Shown: piece after piece, positions 57,359-64,000 of the stretch
How positions within the stretch are numbered: the stretch's first letter is position 1
How the letters are laid out: every line of letters begins with the position of its first letter
Translations under genes and position numbers: made by a program
Assembly: GCA_023460535.1 (NCBI GenBank)
Contig: JAEWPV010000006.1
Coordinates: forward strand, 37,824 to 101,823
Reading direction: 5' to 3'
DNA: 64,000 nt
Source: Bacillota bacterium
GTDB taxonomy: Bacteria > Bacillota > Clostridia > Oscillospirales > Ruminococcaceae
Notes under the pieces: generated by a model
Seen by the model: the letters and a program-made list of their open reading frames with translations, nothing else
Databases searched by the model: none
What the model was told of the DNA's origin: nothing

Positions 57359-57888
57359 TGCATCGAGGCTCCCAGCAGGTCAGAGCGTTCCTTTCCAAGC
57401 AGTACCTCCACCAGCGCAAGACCAAACTTAGTGGCAACACCTGCACCCGCTGCGGTAACGTAGCTGCCGTCGCGTACAACACCGCCGGGGCGGTACAATC
57501 CGCCGGTCACCTGGGTTTCAAATCCGGGAAAACAGGTGAACTGTCTGTCGGCTAATAACCCCTTGTGCCCCAAGATCGAAGGCGCCGCGCAGATCGCGCC
57601 AATCCATCTATTATTTTGTGCGCAGAAATCAATAAAACACTGCACGATCTCGTTCTTTTCCAGGTTCAGCGTGCCCGGTAAACCGCCCGGCAGCACAATC
57701 ATCTCGGCGTCGGCAAGAGATGCCTGGCTCGCCTCAATGTCACAAACAACAGAAATACCGTGTGAACCGCGAATGACCTTGCCGCCAACGCCCACCGCCG
57801 TTACCTCCAGCTCCGCACGGCGCAGGATGTCAAGGGGCGCTATCGCCTCCATCTCCTCAAACCCGTCTGCGAAAAAAACGTAAATCAT
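57340..57888 (-). CDS. DJ-1/PfpI (ThiJ/YajL) family protein
   Basis: ADGFEEME, LPGGLPG, AICAAP, TCFPG. Confidence 0.93.
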   Translation of the reverse strand: MIYVFFADGFEEMEAIAPLDILRRAELEVTAVGVGGKVIRGSHGISVVCDIEASQASLADAEMIVLPGGLPGTLNLEKNEIVQCFIDFCAQNNRWIGAICAAPSILGHKGLLADRQFTCFPGFETQVTGGLYRPGGVVRDGSYVTAAGAGVATKFGLALVEVLLGKERSDLLGASMQCNDLT

Positions 57889-57963
57889 GTTATACACCTC
57901 GTTCCTCTACATAAAAGAAATTATCTTAATATTACCATGTTTTCGCCTTGTAATACGATTTTG

Positions 57964-58740
57964 CTAGCCGCCTTGCTTAAGCTGTGCATACTTCGCGCGC
58001 ACCTCGGTAATTTTACCGCAGGTCATCTTGCCCTCGGGGCAGGCGCCGTTTGTACAAGCGGGACCCGCCGCCGCAAACAGGTTGGGGGCAACTTTTATCA
58101 CCAAACGCAGCATCTCATCCGCCACGGCCTGAATCTCCCACTGCGCGCGGTTGCAGCAGCGGTGGGCGAAAAAGTTGTGCAGGCTTCGCGCATTCATGGT
58201 TATAATCATGCGGGTATCGCAGGCGTTGGGCAGTACAAAGCGCGCGTCCTCAATGGCGAGCTTTTCTGCCTTTTTTTGCGCCGCATCGGGCGCTGTTCCT
58301 TGTTCAACAAGCCGCTTTGTATGTGCGGCAAGCAATAACTCGCTCAGTCTGTCGTAGTGACGGGATGCCGCTTCCATCGCGCGGAGATACTCCTCCTGTG
58401 CCTCGGGAATGGCGGCAATCTCAGGCGGTACAATGTATTCAAAGCCGCTCTTGCGTACATAGCGCTGGCTCTGCACCGAAAAGGACGCGATGCGGTGCCG
58501 GGTAATCTGAGCAAGCAAGGCACGGGAAACGCCCTCGATGCCAAACGTGAAGCTTGCGTGCTCAATGGGGCTTTCGTGCCCAATCTCCGCGAGCATGGCG
58601 ACAAACTTCGCCACGCTTTCGGGGGTCAGCCCGTCGGTCAGGGTACCGATGCTTTCCGCGTTGCTGTAGCAAAGCTTGGCGGCGGCCGCCACCGTCTTTT
58701 CCGGCTCCGGCGTATAGGAAATCAGGGTAACCTTTGGCAT
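57964..58740 (-). CDS. thyX: FAD-dependent thymidylate synthase
   Basis: GHESPIEH, RHRIASFSVQSQRY (RHRX7SXR), EDARFVLP, AQWEI. Confidence 0.96.
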   Translation of the reverse strand: MPKVTLISYTPEPEKTVAAAAKLCYSNAESIGTLTDGLTPESVAKFVAMLAEIGHESPIEHASFTFGIEGVSRALLAQITRHRIASFSVQSQRYVRKSGFEYIVPPEIAAIPEAQEEYLRAMEAASRHYDRLSELLLAAHTKRLVEQGTAPDAAQKKAEKLAIEDARFVLPNACDTRMIITMNARSLHNFFAHRCCNRAQWEIQAVADEMLRLVIKVAPNLFAAAGPACTNGACPEGKMTCGKITEVRAKYAQLKQGG

Positions 58741-58823
58741 ACGAACCTCCATTCTGCCGCAAATCCTATCGTTTACAAATATTCGGTGCGACTAACGACA
58801 CATTCAGGCAGGCAGCTTAATAA

Positions 58824-59237
58824 TCATTTTATACGGTCAATCGTCATATTAACACGATAATTTGCATACTGCAATATCTCATCCAATAAAGCGGTAAGCT
58901 CCCGCTGGTTTGAGGCAAGCACCTTGAGCAGATAACAGCCCTCTCCGCCAATGCGATACACCTCGCTTATCAAGGCAGATTGCGTTATGTGGCTTAAAAA
59001 AGCTTGATGCTCGATGGTTTTCATAAATACCGTCACAAACGCCTCGCACAGCAACCCCATCTTGATGGGGCTTGTGGTTATGGTGTAGCTTTGGATTACA
59101 CCATCCTGCTCCAGACGCACAACCCGATTTTTCACACCCTGCCCGGTCAAGTGAACGACCTCTCCAATCTCCCGCCACTGGCTTCTGGCGTTGCGGGATA
59201 ACAGGTCTATAATCTCGCGGTCGGTTTGGTCAAGCAT
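58824..59237 (-). CDS. Lrp/AsnC family transcriptional regulator
   Basis: LDQTDREII..L..NAR, HTH 'IGEVVHLT...V..RV..LE..GVI'. Confidence 0.9.
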   Translation of the reverse strand: MLDQTDREIIDLLSRNARSQWREIGEVVHLTGQGVKNRVVRLEQDGVIQSYTITTSPIKMGLLCEAFVTVFMKTIEHQAFLSHITQSALISEVYRIGGEGCYLLKVLASNQRELTALLDEILQYANYRVNMTIDRIK

Positions 59238-59355
59238 TGCAGTCCATTTCCTTTCATCACTCAAGTCGGTAAGGCGCGATTGTTTTGCGGGTCAAGCAAA
59301 GGCCGGCTTATAATAGGGATAGATGACCGACGTTTAGAAAGGTGTGAAATGTTAA

Positions 59356-60132
59356 ATGCAATTTAAACAGATTCGGCATGCAACGTGTATGCTCACAATT
59401 CAAGAAAAGCGGCTTCTGGTTGACCCAATGTTATCACCTAAAGGGGTACTGCCCGCGATTGAAGGGGTGCCGAACGCCCAAAACAACCCGCTTGTAGACC
59501 TTCCGGTACCGGTAGAGGAGTTGTTGCAGTGCGATGCAATCATAGTTACCCACATGCACCGCGATCATTTTGACTCGGCGGCAGCAGAATGGTTACCAAA
59601 GCAGCTGCCGGTATTTTGCCAGCCCGAAGATGAGAAAAAGCTCACGGAGCTAGGTTTTGCGCAGGTGATACCGGTCAAGAAGCAGGTCGTGTGGCAGGGC
59701 ATACGCATTTGCAGAACAAAGGCGCGGCATGGTCACGGCACCCTAGCGCTTCAGATGGCGCCTTCCTCGGGGTATATCCTTTCCGCACAGGGTGACCCGA
59801 CGGTCTACCTGACGGGCGATACGGTTTGGTGCTCATACATCAAGAAGGCAATCAATCGGCACCACCCGGATAATATCGTCTGTTATAGCGGAGAAGCGCG
59901 GTTTGCCAAAGGCAGACCCATCACCATGGATAAGGTGGATATTGTATCGGTTTGCGCCAATGCCCCCGGCGCAAAGGTAATCGCCATTCACATGGAAGCG
60001 TGGAACCATTGCCGCCTGGCAAGAGAGACGCTCTCTGAATATGTAACTGCAAACAATCTGCAAAATCAGGTATATATACCCCAAAATGGGGAGGAAATTA
60101 CACTGGATATTACAGCTTGTCAAGGCTTGTGA
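59356..60132 (+). CDS. MBL-fold metallo-hydrolase
   Basis: RHAT, LVDPML, THMHRDHFD, ARHG, GDT, IHMEA. Confidence 0.9.
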   Translation: MQFKQIRHATCMLTIQEKRLLVDPMLSPKGVLPAIEGVPNAQNNPLVDLPVPVEELLQCDAIIVTHMHRDHFDSAAAEWLPKQLPVFCQPEDEKKLTELGFAQVIPVKKQVVWQGIRICRTKARHGHGTLALQMAPSSGYILSAQGDPTVYLTGDTVWCSYIKKAINRHHPDNIVCYSGEARFAKGRPITMDKVDIVSVCANAPGAKVIAIHMEAWNHCRLARETLSEYVTANNLQNQVYIPQNGEEITLDITACQGL

Positions 60133-62470
60133 AGTTGGACATAATCTTTTTTGTCCCCCGTGTATCAAACGCGATTTCAAGCAGGGTGTCGTTGCCCATC
60201 GGCGTTGCGGAAAGAATCATGCCGTCGCCAAATATCTTGTGGCGCACCCGCTCGCCCGAAGTAAAGCTTTGCTTTGTGCCAAGCCCCTGCGGTCTGCTCG
60301 AGACATGCACCGTATCGTTTAGCCCGCCGGAGCGGTTTTGCGGTGAAGCGTAGGCGGGCGTTTGCGGCTTGCTTGCCCAGGAGGACAGCCCCGTTTCGTT
60401 TTTGAACTCGGCGGGAATCTCGGTCAAAAAGCGGGAAGGGCGGTTGCGGGAGGTTTGTCCAAACAGCATGCGCGAGGCGGCGTTTGTTATGGTCAGCTTT
60501 TCCTTTGCCCTTGTTATGGCAACATAAGCAAGGCGGCGTTCCTCCTCCACCTCCGCGGGGTCGTACATCACGCGGATACCGGGGAAGATTCCCTCCTCCA
60601 TGCCCACGATAAACACAAACGGAAATTCCAGCCCTTTGGCGGAGTGCATGGTCATCATCACCACCGCGTCCGCGTCGCCGTCATAGTTGTCGATATCGGT
60701 AAGCAGCGAGACCTCCTCTAAAAAGCCGGAAAGAGTCGCTTCCTCATTGGTTTGGGTATATTTTATCACATTACTTAGCAGCTCGTTTAGGTTCTCTATG
60801 CGCGTCAGACCCTCGTCGCCCTGCGCGCGGAGCATGTCCATATAACCGGTCTCTTCCATCACGCTTTCAAGTAAGGTGTCCAGCTGCGTGTCCTGCGCGG
60901 TGTCGATAAAGCCCTGCATCAGGTCGCCAAACGCCCGCAGCGAAGCGGCTTTTCGTGCAAGCCCTGCGTAGTTTTCAGCCTCGCGCACCACCTCAAACAG
61001 CGAAACACCAAGGTTGTCGGCAATCTCGCGAGCCATTGCCACGGTCGCGTCACCAATGCCGCGCTTCGGTTCGTTGATAATGCGCGAAAGCCGCACCGCA
61101 TCGGCAGGGTTGTTAATCACCGCAAGATAAGCGAGGATGTCCTTAATCTCTTTGCGCTCGTAAAAGCGCAACCCGCCGATGATACGGTAGGGGATAGCAG
61201 CCTTAATAAAGTGCTGCTCCAACTGAGCGGATTGCGCGTTCATACGGTAAAGAATCGCGTGGTCCGCATACTTGCGCCCGGTGCGCACGTTCTCTTCAAT
61301 GGTGGCGGCCACGAATGCGCTTTCGTCCTCCGCGCTCGACGCACGGTATACCAGCACCTGCTCGCCTTTGTCGTTGCTTGTCCACAGCTCCTTGCCCTTG
61401 CGCTGGGTGTTGTGCGAGATTACCCGATTGGCGGCGTCAAGGATGGTCTGGGTGCTGCGGTAGTTCTGTTCCAGTCTCACCACCACGGCATTGGCAAACT
61501 GCTTTTCAAACGAAAGGATGTTTTCTATCGTCGCACCGCGAAAGCGGTAGATGCTCTGGTCGTCGTCGCCCACTACGCAGATGCGCTTATGAGAGGCAGA
61601 AAGCAGCCCCACCAGCCGGTATTGGGCATGATTGGTGTCCTGATACTCATCCACCATCACATAGGCAAACCGGCGCTGCCAGGCGGTCAGAATATCGGGG
61701 AACTGCTCAAACAGACGAACAGTACAGACGATCAGATCGTCAAAATCAAGCGCGTTGGCGGCTTTTAACCGTTTGGTATACAGGGCATATAGCTCCGAGA
61801 CCTTTGTCTCGCGGAACTCGCCGTTCGCCTCAGCTTTCGCTTGCTCGGGCGTTAACAGGCGGTCCTTTAACCGGCTGATTGAGCCGAGCACCTGCTTTGG
61901 CGGAAATTGCTTGTCGCTTAAGTTAAGCTCCTTTAAGCAATCCTTCAGCACGCGTACCGAGTCGTCGGTGTCGTATATCGTAAAGCTTTTATCGTACCCA
62001 AGCGCTTCAATTTCTCGGCGCAATATCCTTGCGCACACCGAGTGGAAGGTGCCCGCCCAGATGTCTCTTGCGCTCTCGCCTAGCTTGCGCTCCAACCGAT
62101 CCTTCAGCTCGCCCGCCGCTTTGTTGGTAAAGGTGATGGCAAGCACATTCCATGCCTTGGGCGGGTTGTCCGCAAGCAGCCATCGTACCCGGTCAGGGTC
62201 GGAAACCCCGCTCTCCAAGCAGGACGACAGAAAATCAAGGTCGCCGGGCGTTACATCTTGGGGTATGTAGTCGCCGTGGTAAGCGTTGCCGTACTCGATT
62301 AGGTACGCGATGCGGTTGACGATAACGGTGGTTTTGCCGCTACCCGCTCCCGCAAGAATCAGCAGCGGGCTTTGGGTATTAAACACCGCCGCGCGCTGGG
62401 TTTGGTTTAGTCCCGCGTACTCCTTTTCCAGCAGCTTTCTTTTTAGGTCTATGTAAGTGGAGCGTATGTC
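60110..62470 (-). CDS. pcrA: ATP-dependent DNA helicase PcrA/UvrD
   Basis: AGAGSGKT, TFTNKAA, DEYQD, GDDDQSIY.FRGA, QNYRS, HSAKGLEF, EERRLAYVAITRA; C-terminal Tudor-like domain. Confidence 0.96.
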   Translation of the reverse strand, partial: DIRSTYIDLKRKLLEKEYAGLNQTQRAAVFNTQSPLLILAGAGSGKTTVIVNRIAYLIEYGNAYHGDYIPQDVTPGDLDFLSSCLESGVSDPDRVRWLLADNPPKAWNVLAITFTNKAAGELKDRLERKLGESARDIWAGTFHSVCARILRREIEALGYDKSFTIYDTDDSVRVLKDCLKELNLSDKQFPPKQVLGSISRLKDRLLTPEQAKAEANGEFRETKVSELYALYTKRLKAANALDFDDLIVCTVRLFEQFPDILTAWQRRFAYVMVDEYQDTNHAQYRLVGLLSASHKRICVVGDDDQSIYRFRGATIENILSFEKQFANAVVVRLEQNYRSTQTILDAANRVISHNTQRKGKELWTSNDKGEQVLVYRASSAEDESAFVAATIEENVRTGRKYADHAILYRMNAQSAQLEQHFIKAAIPYRIIGGLRFYERKEIKDILAYLAVINNPADAVRLSRIINEPKRGIGDATVAMAREIADNLGVSLFEVVREAENYAGLARKAASLRAFGDLMQGFIDTAQDTQLDTLLESVMEETGYMDMLRAQGDEGLTRIENLNELLSNVIKYTQTNEEATLSGFLEEVSLLTDIDNYDGDADAVVMMTMHSAKGLEFPFVFIVGMEEGIFPGIRVMYDPAEVEEERRLAYVAITRAKEKLTITNAASRMLFGQTSRNRPSRFLTEIPAEFKNETGLSSWASKPQTPAYASPQNRSGGLNDTVHVSSRPQGLGTKQSFTSGERVRHKIFGDGMILSATPMGNDTLLEIAFDTRGTKKIMSNFTSLDKL

Positions 62471-62607
62471 CATAGTCGGTACCGTACTTTCCCGAAATTA
62501 TGCTGTAAAAAACACAATTGCGAATAATGTTGTTGCAAACGACGCAAACGCCACGAGGCGGATGTCTACGTTTTGTGCAGTAGCCCGCCCTTGGCAATCA
62601 TCTATAT

Positions 62608-62636
62608 ATTATAGCAAAACGTCTGTTCGAAATCAA
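62608..62636 (-). promoter_or_regulatory. pcrA promoter with a LexA (SOS) box in the spacer
   Basis: Minus strand TTGATT-17 bp-TATAAT; CGAAC-AGAC-GTTTT (62616-62629) matches Firmicutes CGAAC-N4-GTTCG. Confidence 0.72.
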
Positions 62637-62689
62637 ACAAATGCCGATTATTTTACAGTTCTGTTTGCAGTAGCCCTTGCGCAATAAAA

Positions 62690-62723
62690 AAGAGACGGTG
62701 CAAAAATGAATGCACCGTCTCTT
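62690..62723 (-). terminator. Terminator after mazF
   Basis: AAGAGACGGTGCA/TGCACCGTCTCTT with an A run on the + strand. Confidence 0.75.
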
Positions 62724-62764
62724 ATTGCGGCATGGGAGCAAGAGAACACAAAAAAGCCTATGTT

Positions 62765-63139
62765 CTATGTAAGCTCCCCCTGCACTCTGCCTTCCGCCGC
62801 TAAGCCGAAGCTGATGGTAAGGGCCTTGTCTACCTGCTGCATCGAGCCGTCGTCCAACTGCCCCATACGCTCTTTGAGCCTCCGCTTGTCAATGGTCCGT
62901 ATCTGCTCCAGCAGAACAACCGATTCCTTGGATAGCCCGCAGCCCTCTGCGTCAAGGGTAATATGTGTCGGCAGCTTGGCTTTTTCTTTTTGACTGGTAA
63001 TCGCCGCCGCTATTACGGTGGGGCTGTACTTGTTGCCAACGTCGTTTTGCACAATCAGCACCGGGCGTATTCCGCCCTGCTCCGAGCCTACAACCGGGCT
63101 CAGGTCGGCGTAATAGATATCTCCCCGTTTCACTGCCAT
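62765..63139 (-). CDS. mazF: PemK/MazF (NdoA-like) endoribonuclease toxin
   Basis: [45 protein letters not shown]. Confidence 0.93.
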   Translation of the reverse strand: MAVKRGDIYYADLSPVVGSEQGGIRPVLIVQNDVGNKYSPTVIAAAITSQKEKAKLPTHITLDAEGCGLSKESVVLLEQIRTIDKRRLKERMGQLDDGSMQQVDKALTISFGLAAEGRVQGELT

Positions 63140-63353
63140 GCTAACACACTCCATTTTACATTTCTTTTGCCAAGGCAGTGTAAAACAATGCACCTGACAC
63201 CATTAGTTTAGCCAATTATCATCTGCGTTAATCATCCGCTCCGCTTTAGGGGAGAAAAAGTGGGGCGGGTTTATTTGTGTTCAATACAGTATATTCGACA
63301 TTTCATCGGTTTGACATTCAACGCAGTGCTATCCTGCGTTCCAAACCACATAA

Positions 63354-63398
63354 AAGCCGCGTGCCGTCCGGGTAAAAACCGGATGCGGCACGCGGCTT
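63354..63398 (-). terminator. Terminator after glmS
   Basis: AAGCCGCGTGCCG...CGGCACGCGGCTT. Confidence 0.8.
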
Positions 63399-63411
63399 GT
63401 GATAGATAAGG

Positions 63412-64000
63412 CTACTCCACCGTCACGGATTTTGCAAGGTTACGGGGCTTGTCGATGTCAAAGCCCTTTTCGTCGGCGGTGTAAAAAGCGAGCAGCTGCA
63501 AAACGACAGCCGTCACAAATGGGTAAAGAAACTCGTCACAGGCAGGAAGGTTTATCATGCGGTCGGCGGTCTCGTCGTCCAGTGCAACGCCGTCGGGCAG
63601 AATTGCTACCACATACGCGCCGCGCGCCTTTACCTCCTTGATGTTGCTGATGGTCTTTTCAAACAGCGCAGGCTCCAGCGCAATCGCAATAACCGGCACG
63701 CCGCCCGTAATCAGCGACAGGGTGCCGTGCTTCAGCTCTCCCGCGGCATACGCCTCGCAGTGGATATACGAAATCTCCTTAAGCTTCAGCGAGCCTTCCA
63801 TCGAAAGGCAGTAGTCCCGTCCCCGACCGATAAAGAAGATGTCGGGCGCCTGCATAATGCGCTCCGCCGCGGCCTTGATATCGCTCGGATCCTTCAGCAT
63901 TCCGTCAACGATGTAGGGAAGGTCGGTCAACAACGCCGTCAGCCTGCGCGCCTCGTCGTCGGTTATTCTGCCTGAAAGCAACGCCATACGAATGCCCAGC
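63412..64000 (-). CDS. glmS: Glutamine--fructose-6-phosphate transaminase, C-terminal part (runs off the window)
   Basis: EGSLKLKEISYIH, AAGELKHG, DKPRNLAKSVTVE. Confidence 0.96.
   Translation of the reverse strand, partial: LGIRMALLSGRITDDEARRLTALLTDLPYIVDGMLKDPSDIKAAAERIMQAPDIFFIGRGRDYCLSMEGSLKLKEISYIHCEAYAAGELKHGTLSLITGGVPVIAIALEPALFEKTISNIKEVKARGAYVVAILPDGVALDDETADRMINLPACDEFLYPFVTAVVLQLLAFYTADEKGFDIDKPRNLAKSVTVE

Noticed and set aside
57340..57400. 6S RNA upstream of 5-formyl-THF cyclo-ligase
   Set aside because: The gene overlaps the DJ-1 ORF, leaving no room
1..64000. CRISPR array, cas genes, rRNA, intact IS/integrase, prophage
   Set aside because: No regularly spaced direct repeats and no recognisable motifs for these among the ORFs

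Overview
Mostly core chromosome of an anaerobic, probably endospore-forming Clostridia-type bacterium (Oscillospiraceae/Ruminococcaceae-like by gene content and order; this is inference). Housekeeping genes include trxA, nrdDG with NrdR boxes, the feoA-feoA-feoB operon, guaA, the yaaO-darA-holB-ricT locus, murD, two M42 peptidases, glpK, tRNA-Thr(CGT), a U32 peptidase, mltG, thyX, pcrA with a LexA box, a mazF-type toxin and the 3' end of glmS. There are four accessory patches: (i) 1-3.2 kb, with a lipoprotein metallophosphoesterase, an SLH fragment and a TnpV-like remnant; (ii) an AT-rich orphan gene next to the guaA 3' end; (iii) an 18-23 kb spore-surface glycosylation locus; (iv) regulator/efflux modules at 23-30 kb, including a blaI gene with a decayed blaR1. 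Two features stand out. First, two divergent pyruvyltransferase-CgeB paralogues share a 114-bp perfectly identical tract in inverted orientation that brackets both SigK-like promoters and both N-termini (recent gene conversion or an invertible switch). Second, a ~300-nt densely base-paired intergenic region between holB and ricT looks like an unannotated structured RNA. No CRISPR array, rRNA, intact transposase/integrase or prophage was seen. All calls come from motif recognition by eye; no database searches were run.
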